Origin: Eubacteriales bacterium | GTDB taxonomy: Bacteria; Bacillota; Clostridia; Oscillospirales; CAG-272 | NCBI GenBank assembly: GCA_045536665.1 | Contig: JAZSNX010000088.1 | Location: forward strand, 1 to 34,050 | DNA: 34,050 nucleotides | Direction of reading: 5' to 3' | In this document: positions 1 to 10,007 of the stretch, one piece after another | Numbering within the stretch: the first letter of the stretch is position 1 | Layout: each line of letters opens with the position of its first letter | Notes under the pieces: generated by a model | Database searches by the model: none | What the model was told of the DNA's origin: nothing | The model's input: only the letters and a program-made list of their open reading frames with translations | Position numbers and translations under genes: made by a program

Positions 1-9
1 GCTTTTATG

Positions 10-1578
10 TTATTCCTTATTCGCCATATATTTCAAACTCTTAATTATCACCCTCGGCTTTATGCCGCCTGTGAGGATCATCAGCACTATATATAGTACT
101 GATGAAATGATGATATGCCACCACACGTCGCCGAGACTTATGACGTTGTTTATCAAAAAATGCACTATCTTTGTTGATGTTACGATGCAAAGCAACGGTC
201 TGCCAACCCACAAAAGCACGTGGGTCTTCACTCGGCTTTTTGTCAGCAGTCTTGTTATGCTCAGCGTTGCATTAAGCAGCTCGGTAAAATACACGGTGAC
301 GATATATCCGTTAATACCCATTTTAGGCAAAAGCAGAGCCACCAAAACAACAGAAATAAACGCATCGGCGATGTTTACCCACATCGTATATACGTGCTCG
401 CCAAGTCCTTTGAGCATTGAGTCGACGGCGGTATCAAGATACATAACGGGTATCAGGGGCGCTATCATAAGTATGTATATACCCGCTGTGTCCGAGGTGG
501 GATATACCGTCTTGCCAAGCTCAAGTGAAAAGCTCATGATCACGCCCGCACAGCCTATGGCGAATATAAGCACGGTTTCAAGCACGGTTGAGATTATTCC
601 TTTGATCCTTCTGTCGTCTCCCGTAGCAACGCTTTCCGCTACCTCTGGTATGAGTAACCCCGCAAAAGAAGCGGTGATAGCGGAGGGAAAGAGAACAAGT
701 GGGAATACCATGCTGCCGACAGTTCCGTATGCCGCGAGGGAGGCGTCTCGTGAGCTTCCGCTTCTTTCAAGTCCTCTTGGTATGAGTATATGCTCGATGG
801 TGACGAGGGCAGAACGCATATACGCGCTGAGCGCAAGTGGCAGAGAATTACTGATAACACTTTTTGTGATTTCTCTCTTCTTTTCTTTTTCAAGTGCGCT
901 CCCCGATCTCGGTCTGCCGATGAGATAAAGAAAAAGCCCTAAAAGGAAGGTGATGAGCTCCGCGAGCGCACCACCCGCAACGACGGCAAGGCAGGCACTT
1001 TCGGTGTCCTTAGCACCCAGCAGAGCGATAAACGCGATACAGGCGTATATCTTTACGCCTTGACCGAGTACCTGTGTCACAGCATTTTTGTATACCTGAC
1101 GAACAGCGGAGAAGTAGCCGCCAAGTACAGATGATACTGCGATAGGTACGAGCGTTAGGGCGAGCACCTTGAGCGAGAGCACAGTTCTTGAGTCTCTGAG
1201 GATATCAGTACCTATCTTTTGGGCAAAGGCAAAGAGCACGACGGTGGCAATGCTTCCGAAAACGATACAATAGCATACACATCTTTTGAGGATACAATTG
1301 ATCTCACAGCTCTTTTGAGGCGGTATCTTTTTGCTTTTTTCCTTAGCTGTGTCGCCAAGCGCGCCTGCAATCAGCCTTGTCGTAGCTAAATTTATACCCG
1401 AAGTAGCAAAGGTTATGGCAAAGCCGTAGACGGTTGTAATAAGAGAGAACAGCCCCATTGCAACAGCGCCAATTTTGTTCGATATATATACGTTAAAGGC
1501 AACGGCAACCGCACGCATAATAACGGCAACTATCGCCATCAAAATTCCGTTAAGAATAAATCTTCTGAGCCTGTTCAA
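10..1578 (-). CDS. MOP-superfamily (MurJ/SpoVB-like) polysaccharide or lipid II flippase, probably stage V sporulation protein B-like
   Basis: Complete 522-aa ORF that is highly hydrophobic and polytopic. The N-terminal pattern RFILNGILMAIVAVIMRAVAVAFNVYISNKIGAVAMGLFSL... is typical of SpoVB/MurJ-type flippases. TTG start at 1578 with GGAGG (complement of 1588-1592) 9 nt upstream. Confidence 0.7.
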   Translation of the reverse strand: MNRLRRFILNGILMAIVAVIMRAVAVAFNVYISNKIGAVAMGLFSLITTVYGFAITFATSGINLATTRLIAGALGDTAKEKSKKIPPQKSCEINCILKRCVCYCIVFGSIATVVLFAFAQKIGTDILRDSRTVLSLKVLALTLVPIAVSSVLGGYFSAVRQVYKNAVTQVLGQGVKIYACIAFIALLGAKDTESACLAVVAGGALAELITFLLGLFLYLIGRPRSGSALEKEKKREITKSVISNSLPLALSAYMRSALVTIEHILIPRGLERSGSSRDASLAAYGTVGSMVFPLVLFPSAITASFAGLLIPEVAESVATGDDRRIKGIISTVLETVLIFAIGCAGVIMSFSLELGKTVYPTSDTAGIYILMIAPLIPVMYLDTAVDSMLKGLGEHVYTMWVNIADAFISVVLVALLLPKMGINGYIVTVYFTELLNATLSITRLLTKSRVKTHVLLWVGRPLLCIVTSTKIVHFLINNVISLGDVWWHIIISSVLYIVLMILTGGIKPRVIIKSLKYMANKE

Positions 1579-1699
1579 ACTCCAAAACCTCCGTAAAAGT
1601 TTGTAATTGATTATATGCTTGAGTATTTTGTATTAGAATTTACCGCAAAACCAGTAGCAAAAATCTACATATTGCCAATGAAAAAACTCAAAAAAACCG

Positions 1700-1728
1700 T
1701 TGACAACAGTCGAATAATTTGATATAAT
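1700..1728 (+). promoter_or_regulatory. Sigma-A type promoter for guaB (TTGACA, 17 nt spacer, TGaTATAAT)
   Basis: TTGACA at 1700-1705 and TATAAT at 1723-1728 with an exact 17-nt spacer. A TGn extension lies at 1720-1722. The element sits about 48 nt upstream of the guaB ATG. Confidence 0.75.
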
Positions 1729-1749
1729 ATTTTCTAATATTATAAATAG

Positions 1750-3243
<1,494 letters not shown>

Positions 3244-3261
3244 TCTGATTTTAAACATATT

Positions 3262-3298
3262 AAAACTGCTGATTTCTTGTAGATCAGCAGTTTTTTTG
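3262..3298 (+). terminator. Intrinsic terminator after guaB
   Basis: Stem CTGCTGAT (3266-3273) pairs with ATCAGCAG (3283-3290). It is followed by a T7 tract at 3291-3297. Confidence 0.8.
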
Positions 3299-3338
3299 TA
3301 TAATATTTTAAAATAATATATACAAAAAAGCTTTTTTA

Positions 3339-3347
3339 TGCTATAAT
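3339..3347 (+). promoter_or_regulatory. Extended -10 promoter element (TGcTATAAT) upstream of the rlmB-like operon
   Basis: TG at 3339-3340 and TATAAT at 3342-3347. The -35 region is weak and AT-rich. This is the only promoter-like element between the guaB terminator and the CDS starting at 3382. Confidence 0.5.
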
Positions 3348-3381
3348 ATAAAATGTATGTTTATATATTTTGGAGATTGAA

Positions 3382-4218
3382 ATGGAAAAAAAGAGCTATA
3401 AAAACACAAGAAACAATGGGCATCCTTCACAAAATCGAAAAAGAGACGATCAAAGAAAGGATAATACGCCCGCGACTGAAATGAATGAAGGCCTTGTTAT
3501 TGGCAGAAATGCCGTGCGTGAGCTTTTGAAATCGGGACGTGCGATTGATAAGATATTCGTTCAAAAAGGCGAACGTGAGGGATCTATTGTGGTACTTGTC
3601 GCCGAGGCTGTTTCAAGACACATTCCTATGGTAGAGGTAGAAAAAGCAAAGCTTGATAAAATGACGGGGTTTGCTACTCATCAGGGAATAGTTGCGATGG
3701 CGGCTGAAAAGGAATATTGCTCGGTTGAGGATATATTGAAGATAGCTGAGGAAAGAGGAGAGAAGCCCTTTATCGTTATTGCCGACGGTATTACCGATCC
3801 TCATAATCTCGGTGCGCTTATAAGATGCGCCGAGGGTGTGGGAGCACACGGACTTATCATTCCCAAGAGACGGGCAGTTGGTCTTACCCCTGTTGTTACA
3901 CGCTCGTCGTGCGGAGCTATCGAGCATCTCGCAATAGCAAAGGTTACAAATCTTGCGTCAACTATTGACCAGTTGAGAGATAAGGGTGTTTGGATATTTG
4001 CGGCAGAAGCAGGCGGAGACGCATATTATAATACTGATTTTAAGTGCGCTTGCGCAATAGTTCTTGGCAGCGAGGGAGACGGTGTATCCCGTCTTATCAA
4101 GGAAAAGTCTGATTATATAACGTCTATTCCAATGTACGGACACGTAAATTCCTTTAACGTATCGACCGCTGCGGCTGTTATACTTGCTGAGGTCGCGAGA
4201 CAGCATAGAACTCTTTGA
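3382..4218 (+). CDS. rlmB: TrmH/SpoU-family RNA 2'-O-ribose methyltransferase, RlmB-like (23S rRNA Gm2251 type)
   Basis: SpoU substrate-binding-like N-domain (GRNAVRELLKSGRAIDKIFV). SpoU methylase motifs are present: DGITDPHNLGALIRCAEGVGAHGLI, VLGSEGDGVS and NSFNVSTAAAVILAE. ATG at 3382 with GGAG 6 nt upstream; an alternative TTG lies at 3370. A basic N-terminal extension of about 40 aa is present. Confidence 0.85.
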   Translation: MEKKSYKNTRNNGHPSQNRKRDDQRKDNTPATEMNEGLVIGRNAVRELLKSGRAIDKIFVQKGEREGSIVVLVAEAVSRHIPMVEVEKAKLDKMTGFATHQGIVAMAAEKEYCSVEDILKIAEERGEKPFIVIADGITDPHNLGALIRCAEGVGAHGLIIPKRRAVGLTPVVTRSSCGAIEHLAIAKVTNLASTIDQLRDKGVWIFAAEAGGDAYYNTDFKCACAIVLGSEGDGVSRLIKEKSDYITSIPMYGHVNSFNVSTAAAVILAEVARQHRTL

Positions 4219-4246
4219 TCAATTATTTCTTACGAAGGAGATACAT

Positions 4247-7200
4247 ATGAGCAACGAACATAATATTGACGATATGCTCAGAATGCTTAAAAGCTCTGTT
4301 TATACACAGCAGGAAAGCTCGCCGCAACAAGCCCCGCAAGGTGCTGATAGCGAGCTGACCGATGATGCGCTCAAGGAGCAGCTCAGATCGAGATATTTCA
4401 ACGAAGAAACTGCGTCCTCGAGTGAAGAGGACAGCGCTATTGGAGAATACGCAATAGACAGTGATTTTCTTAACGATGTTGAGAACATGAAAGAGGAAGA
4501 GCCTATACAAGAGCAGACACTTGAAAAAACGGAAGAAGAGGCTGTTGACGACGCTATAACATCAGAAAATTTTGAAGAGAATATAGCGGAAAATATCGTA
4601 GAGCTTGAGGAGTCTGAAGAGGATACGGTCGAAAACGTTATAGAGCTTGAAGAGTCCGAAGAGGATATAGACGAAAATGCCATAGGACTTGAGGAGTCGG
4701 CAGAGACGGAGTTGTCAGTTGAGCCTAAAGCAGACGATGTTCCGTTTGATATTGACGATGAGCCCATTAGAAGTGACGATATCTCATTGCTCGGAAACGA
4801 AACGTTTATTTTTGATGATTTCACACTCGTACCGACTAAAGACGAGTCTATGGAGGAGCTCTCAAATGAAGATAGTGAATCCGAACAACAAGATCCCGTT
4901 TGGTTCGAGGATACAGATGTATATGGGGATAGATCGTTTATGTTTGATGACGATCATGCCGAGAGTCAAGAAGAGGGACTTATATCGGCAGATGAGAATG
5001 GCAGCGAGTATGATGTGCTTGTAATAGACACCAATGAGCCATTGTTTGGCGATACTCATGTCGATAAACAACCCGAGCTTGAAGATGACATCTCCGAAGA
5101 AGAGTCTATAGAGGCGGATGAGCTTTTGAGTGTTGAGGATATAGACGAGTTTGAGGCGTTTGATGAGCCATCGCTTACGGAGATCCCCGAAATTGATGCT
5201 CCTATTGAATCCGAAGAGGAGACTGCTCCTGAAGAAGTAAAGGAGACATTTATTGCTTCTATGAGAAAGATAGGTGTTGATTTCTCGTCTGAAAGAGCTG
5301 AGACTACCGTTGAAGCAAGCACAGCGGATGTAGACGTTACCGAGAAGCCTGATGATATCATTGAAGAGCCGCAGTCCGCGGACACAGACGATCAGGAGCT
5401 TTCTGAGGACCTCAGAGATGAGGAGCTTGATTATTCGACCATAAATCTTATGATGCAGTTCTGCGAAAAGGACGAGCTCGATAAAACCATCGGTGACGAA
5501 AAGATCGAAGACTATCTGCGCTACGAGCAAGGAGCGATAACTGAGGAGAAAATAGCTTCCGTTGGCTTTAAGGGAGAAGAATATACCGATAAAGAGCAGA
5601 ATGGAAGCATCAATGAGAGATATAAGCACGCGCGCTTCGTTGCGCTTGCAAGACTTTGCGGGTGCGCATTTATTGCAATTATAGCAACAGTATTTGAGCT
5701 TATTCCTATGCTTGGTATAAGGGTTGGCGGTCTGCTTGACTATAATCTTTATCCGTCGGTTTATGTCCTGTTTGGTTTGCAATTCATCGCGTTTTCAGCC
5801 GCGATATGCTATAAGCAGCTTTGGCAGGGACTTAAGCGTGCGGTCTCCGCGTCTCCAAGCAAGGATTCCATTGTTGCGGTAGTGGTTGTACTTACCTCTA
5901 TCTACGACGTTATAATTGCAATAATCCTTGTTGTTAAGGGAGATGATCTGCCGTCTACTTTTAATGCCGTAGCGGTGATCACGGTCACGCTTTCGGCGGC
6001 TGCGGAGTATATCCGCATATTGGCGGAAATGCGTTCGTTTTCCGTATACTCAACAGACGCTCAGATGTTTACGCTGACAAAGGAGAGCGCCCGCGGAAGA
6101 GTGTCCTCTAAGATGTACGCAGGCGGATTGCCGATACAAAAGAGCGTATGCTCGATAAGGGCGATCGATTTCCCAAGAGGCTTCTTTAAGTGTGTAGGCA
6201 TGAATAAGGGCAGAGATAAAATAATAACCTATGCTTTGATCCCTGTCCTTGTAGTTAGCTTGATAGCTACAATTATTACAATAGTGCTCGGCGCAGGTCC
6301 ATATGATGCGTGCGCGGTATTCTTGTTAACAATATACGCCGTTTTGCCGATAGCCTATATATATTCAAATAATTTTCCGAGTGCCATTGCGACTCTCAAG
6401 CTCGCAAAGCGCGGAAGCGCGATCGCGGGAGATGAAATGGTAAGGAAATACAACGACTGTGACGTTATGATATTTGAAGACCGTCATATGTTCAGGAAGT
6501 GCAAAACCGAAGAGGTTGGAATAGCAATATACGATAATAGCATAGCGTATCTCACGCTTGGCTGTATCGACGCGCTTTACTCTAAGCTTGGTGGACCTCT
6601 TTCGGGAATGCAGATGCAATTACCCGATGTATTTAAGTTTAACGACGTAGATATTCAGCGCATAACCCGTAACGGTGTTGAAGCGGTCGTTGATAAAAAG
6701 CACGTTGTAATCGTTGGCGATATCGAGTTTATGAAGCGATACGGACTTGTATTTCCCGAAAATGAGGTCCATAATGATCGTTCAACGCTTTGTGTTTCTA
6801 TAGATGGTGGTGTTTCGGCAAAGCTCAGTGTGAAATATGAGACTGAGCCTGTATTTGAAATGATAGTTGAAAGACTTTATTCTGAGGGTATACTTTCCGC
6901 TATCGAGACGTACGATCCTCTTATAAACAGCACTATGCTGAAAAAAGCAAGAACACTCGGAGACACTCCTGTTAGTGTCATACATATGAATTCCGATGAT
7001 TTTCTGACGAAGGAGATATCGGACTTCCGTAAGGATCTGGACGGCATAGTTTCTTGCTCGTCCAAGCTCAAACTCGCAGAGGCAGAGGTGTGGATAAAAC
7101 GCAGATCAAAGATGGATAAGATGCTTAAGGCTGTTACCATTGGTTTTTCAGCGGGCGGCGCTTTGCTTGTAACGCTTTTTGTTGCTTTAGGTATAGTTGG

Positions 7201-7393
7201 CGCAATCAATCAATTCCATATGCTTGCGTTTATTCTCGCGCAAATAGCCGTGGCGACAGCACTTATGCTTTGGAAATTCCCCAAAAAGAATTATTTTACT
7301 ACCGATAAGCTGTATTTCGAGCTTGAGAAGCGGCACAATAGGGAAATGAAAAAGCAGGAAAAGAAAAACAAGAATGAAACAAGAAAGCAGTAA
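4247..7393 (+). CDS. Large membrane protein with a poly-acidic N-terminal region (about 460 aa) and a C-terminal half resembling a catalytically degenerate P1B-type (heavy-metal) ATPase
   Basis: ATG at 4247 with GAAGGAG at 4234-4240. The N-terminus is dominated by Asp and Glu. TM helices begin near FVALARLCGCAFIAIIATVFELIP. The C-terminal half aligns by eye to the P-type ATPase core, but DKTGT is replaced by (F)EDRHM (6473-6493), TGDN by TYDP (6905-6919), and GDGINDAPAL by DGIVSCSSKL. Confidence 0.6.
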   Translation: MSNEHNIDDMLRMLKSSVYTQQESSPQQAPQGADSELTDDALKEQLRSRYFNEETASSSEEDSAIGEYAIDSDFLNDVENMKEEEPIQEQTLEKTEEEAVDDAITSENFEENIAENIVELEESEEDTVENVIELEESEEDIDENAIGLEESAETELSVEPKADDVPFDIDDEPIRSDDISLLGNETFIFDDFTLVPTKDESMEELSNEDSESEQQDPVWFEDTDVYGDRSFMFDDDHAESQEEGLISADENGSEYDVLVIDTNEPLFGDTHVDKQPELEDDISEEESIEADELLSVEDIDEFEAFDEPSLTEIPEIDAPIESEEETAPEEVKETFIASMRKIGVDFSSERAETTVEASTADVDVTEKPDDIIEEPQSADTDDQELSEDLRDEELDYSTINLMMQFCEKDELDKTIGDEKIEDYLRYEQGAITEEKIASVGFKGEEYTDKEQNGSINERYKHARFVALARLCGCAFIAIIATVFELIPMLGIRVGGLLDYNLYPSVYVLFGLQFIAFSAAICYKQLWQGLKRAVSASPSKDSIVAVVVVLTSIYDVIIAIILVVKGDDLPSTFNAVAVITVTLSAAAEYIRILAEMRSFSVYSTDAQMFTLTKESARGRVSSKMYAGGLPIQKSVCSIRAIDFPRGFFKCVGMNKGRDKIITYALIPVLVVSLIATIITIVLGAGPYDACAVFLLTIYAVLPIAYIYSNNFPSAIATLKLAKRGSAIAGDEMVRKYNDCDVMIFEDRHMFRKCKTEEVGIAIYDNSIAYLTLGCIDALYSKLGGPLSGMQMQLPDVFKFNDVDIQRITRNGVEAVVDKKHVVIVGDIEFMKRYGLVFPENEVHNDRSTLCVSIDGGVSAKLSVKYETEPVFEMIVERLYSEGILSAIETYDPLINSTMLKKARTLGDTPVSVIHMNSDDFLTKEISDFRKDLDGIVSCSSKLKLAEAEVWIKRRSKMDKMLKAVTIGFSAGGALLVTLFVALGIVGAINQFHMLAFILAQIAVATALMLWKFPKKNYFTTDKLYFELEKRHNREMKKQEKKNKNETRKQ
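4589..4714 (+). repeat. Three imperfect in-frame tandem copies of a 42-nt (14-aa) unit inside the acidic region
   Basis: The units are 4589-4630, 4631-4672 and 4673-4714. They encode ENIVELEESEEDTV, ENVIELEESEEDID and ENAIGLEESAETEL. Confidence 0.85.
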
Positions 7394-7395
7394 AA

Positions 7396-9255
7396 ATGAA
7401 TAAGGAAAAAAGCACTATACTTAAGGCTGTGACAAAGCCCGGTAGGTATTCGGGCGGTGAATACGGTCAAATAATAAAGGACAAAACAAAGGTCAAAGCA
7501 CGCTTCGCGTTTTGTTTTCCCGATACTTATGAGATAGGAATGTCCAACCTCGGCTTGAGAATACTCTACGGAGTTCTCAACAAAGAAGAGGATATTTGGT
7601 GTGAGCGAGTATACGATCCGTGGGTGGATATGCAGGAGAAGATGCGCGAGCACGCGCTTCCTCTTTGCGCTTGTGAGAGTGGAGATCCGCTTACCGAGTT
7701 TGATATGGTGGGCTTTACTCTCCAATATGAGATGAGCTATACCAACGTTCTCAATATGCTCGATCTTGCGGGTATTCCGCTTTACGCCAAGGACAGAGAC
7801 GATAGCTTCCCGATCATTATCGGTGGCGGCCCTTGCGCGTATAACGCTGAGCCTGTGGCGGACTTCTTCGACCTTTTCGACATAGGTGAAGGAGAAGAAC
7901 TGCTCCCTGAGCTTTGCCGCCTTTATATCAAAATGAAGGACGAGGGAAGCTACACAAAGCAGGAGTATCTTCACGAGGCTGCGAGAACTATCGAGGGTGT
8001 TTACGTTCCGTCATTTTATGACGTTACCTATAATGAGAACGGAACTATAAAGGCGTATACCCCTATATACGATGATATTCCCAAGCAGGTCAAAAAGAGA
8101 ATAATTACCGATATGGACAAAGCGTATTTTCCCGACAAGGTGGTAATGCCTTATATCGAAACGGTACATGACAGAGTTATGCTTGAGGTGTATCGCGGAT
8201 GTATACGCGGCTGTCGCTTCTGTCAGGCGGGAATGATATATCGCCCTGTAAGAGAGAAGACCCCCGAGGTGCTCAACGATCAGGCAAAGTGCCTTTATGA
8301 GGCAACGGGATATGACGAGATCTCGCTCACGTCACTTTCTATCAGTGACTATACCCAGCTTGAAAATCTCACCGATCTGCTTCTTGAATGGACAACCGAT
8401 AATATGGTGAGCCTTTCGCTCCCCTCGCTTCGTGTTGATAGCTTTACCAAAAAACTGATGGAAAAGATCGCATCGGTACGCTCATCGTCGCTGACGTTTG
8501 CTCCCGAGGCGGGAACGCAGAGGCTTCGTGACGTTATAAACAAAAACGTCCGTGAGGACGATCTTATGCGCGCCGTCAACGTTGCGTTTGAGGCTGGTAA
8601 AAATACTGTCAAGCTGTACTTTATGTCGGGTCTTCCCACAGAAACGTATGATGACCTCAAGGGCATAGCCGATCTTGCCGCAGGTGTTATCGACGCATAT
8701 TATAAGTGTCCCACAAGAAATAAGGCAAAGAAGCCGCAGGTCACTATAAGCGTATCTTGCTTTATTCCTAAGCCCTTTACGCCTTTCCAATGGGAGGCGC
8801 AGGACACAATGGAGATGCTTGCTGAAAAGCAGGAATACCTTGGCTCACAGATAACAGATAGAAAAATAAGATATACTCACCACGACGCTCGTGTCAGCCG
8901 TGTTGAGGCGGTGCTCGCACGTGGCGACAGACGCCTCGCCCCCGCGCTTGCTCTCGCTTGCAAAGAAGGCTTTATGTTTGATTCGTGGGACGAGTGCTTT
9001 GACTACGATAGATGGATGTCTGTGTTTGAGCGCACAGGTGTCGATCCCGCGTTTTACGCAAACCGCGCTTTCGGTCTTGACGAGGTGCTTCCTTGGGATA
9101 TTATCGACTGCGGTGTGTCCAAGGAATTCTTCCTTCGTGAAAGAGCAAAGGCGTACGGCGAGACTACAACGCCCAATTGCCGCGAAAAGTGCAGCGGATG
9201 CGGAGCGAACAGCTTAGGAGGTGAGAGAACGTGTTGCCCGAAAAAAGCAAACTGA
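7396..9255 (+). CDS. B12-binding-domain radical SAM protein, TIGR03960-like family (function unknown)
   Basis: CxxxCxxC cluster motif YRGCIRGCRFCQAG (Cys codons at 8200-8223). The N-terminal B12-binding-like domain and overall length of about 620 aa match the family that pairs with DUF2344. The start lies 2 nt after the upstream stop. Confidence 0.85.
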   Translation: MNKEKSTILKAVTKPGRYSGGEYGQIIKDKTKVKARFAFCFPDTYEIGMSNLGLRILYGVLNKEEDIWCERVYDPWVDMQEKMREHALPLCACESGDPLTEFDMVGFTLQYEMSYTNVLNMLDLAGIPLYAKDRDDSFPIIIGGGPCAYNAEPVADFFDLFDIGEGEELLPELCRLYIKMKDEGSYTKQEYLHEAARTIEGVYVPSFYDVTYNENGTIKAYTPIYDDIPKQVKKRIITDMDKAYFPDKVVMPYIETVHDRVMLEVYRGCIRGCRFCQAGMIYRPVREKTPEVLNDQAKCLYEATGYDEISLTSLSISDYTQLENLTDLLLEWTTDNMVSLSLPSLRVDSFTKKLMEKIASVRSSSLTFAPEAGTQRLRDVINKNVREDDLMRAVNVAFEAGKNTVKLYFMSGLPTETYDDLKGIADLAAGVIDAYYKCPTRNKAKKPQVTISVSCFIPKPFTPFQWEAQDTMEMLAEKQEYLGSQITDRKIRYTHHDARVSRVEAVLARGDRRLAPALALACKEGFMFDSWDECFDYDRWMSVFERTGVDPAFYANRAFGLDEVLPWDIIDCGVSKEFFLRERAKAYGETTTPNCREKCSGCGANSLGGERTCCPKKAN

Positions 9256-9974
9256 CAGAAAAAAAACGCCTCAGAGAGCTTCCCGAGCTTGAGCGTCCTA
9301 TTACCGTAAGACTTAAATTCAGAAAGACGGGAAGTCTGCAGTATATATCTCATCTTGATCTCCAAAGAACTTTTATGAGAGTTATAATACGCGCTTGTAT
9401 CCCCGCTTGGTACACAAAGGGCTTCAATCCCCACGCAAAGCTTGTGTTTTCAACACCTCTCAGTGTTGGAGCGCAGAGCGTTTGTGAATATCTTGATATA
9501 AGGATAGACAGGGAAATGTCCTGCGAGGAGATCAAGAACAGACTTAACGCGGAGCTTACGGACGAGCTTTATATCACAGACGCGTATATCCCAACAAAGG
9601 ATTTCTCCGATATCGCGTGGTCGTCGTACGATATTGAGATAAAGACAGCGGGAGCTAACGCAGAGCTTGCGGATAAGGCAAAATCGCTTCTTTCAACATC
9701 ACCTCTGGTAATGCTCAAAAAGAGCAAGTCGGGTGAAAAAGAGGTAGATATAATTCCTATGATAAAGAGCGTTGACGCTTATTATCACGAGGAGAATAAG
9801 ACACTCAAAATAAAGTGCCTGCTTTCCGCGTCAAGCACTGTTTACCTCAATCCCGAAATACTCATAACAGCGCTAAAAAACAATCTCGGCATTATGAGCG
9901 GTGATCCCACAGAGGAGTGGTACACCATTATGCGAACGGGACTTTACACGCCCGATTTGGAATTTTTTAAATAA
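9231..9974 (+). CDS. Radical SAM-associated protein, TIGR03936/DUF2344-like
   Basis: N-terminal signature RLKFRKTGSLQYISHLDLQRTFMRVIIRA...GFNPHAKL is typical of DUF2344. GTG start at 9231 with AGGAGG at 9216-9221. The gene overlaps the upstream radical SAM gene by 25 nt in a different frame. Confidence 0.8.
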   Translation: MLPEKSKLTEKKRLRELPELERPITVRLKFRKTGSLQYISHLDLQRTFMRVIIRACIPAWYTKGFNPHAKLVFSTPLSVGAQSVCEYLDIRIDREMSCEEIKNRLNAELTDELYITDAYIPTKDFSDIAWSSYDIEIKTAGANAELADKAKSLLSTSPLVMLKKSKSGEKEVDIIPMIKSVDAYYHEENKTLKIKCLLSASSTVYLNPEILITALKNNLGIMSGDPTEEWYTIMRTGLYTPDLEFFK

Positions 9975-9977
9975 TAA

Positions 9978-10007
9978 TAAAAAGCCTTTCAGTTGAAAGG
10001 CTTTTTA
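9978..10007. terminator. Bidirectional intrinsic terminator between convergent DUF2344 and mnmA
   Basis: AAAAGCCTTTC (9980-9990) pairs with GAAAGGCTTTT (9995-10005) around an AGTT loop. A and T tracts flank both sides. Confidence 0.85.

Noticed and set aside
62-928. 288-aa ORF on the + strand, plus smaller ORFs at 220-420 and 639-893, inside the spoVB-like gene
   Set aside because: These are antisense or alternate-frame shadows of a clearly coding membrane-protein gene. They are Ser/Thr/Leu-rich and low in complexity, with no RBS and no recognisable motifs.
1610-1617. CATATAAT (minus strand) upstream of the spoVB-like gene as a sigma-E promoter
   Set aside because: It contains a TATAAT hexamer, but the -35 region at a 17-nt spacing (TTCTAA) is weak. 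It does not clearly match either the sigma-A or the sigma-E consensus, so it is not reported as a feature.
4300-5782. Ser-rich and Leu/Phe-rich minus-strand ORFs (4300-4824, 4862-5782, 5056-5385) opposite the acidic region
   Set aside because: They are a mirror-image artefact of GAA/GAG/GAT-rich sense codons. They lack start context, whereas the sense frame has a strong RBS and continues into a conserved domain.
7291-7974. 227-aa minus-strand ORF spanning the junction of the ATPase-like and radical SAM genes
   Set aside because: It overlaps two well-supported + strand genes. Its composition is low in complexity and it has no RBS.
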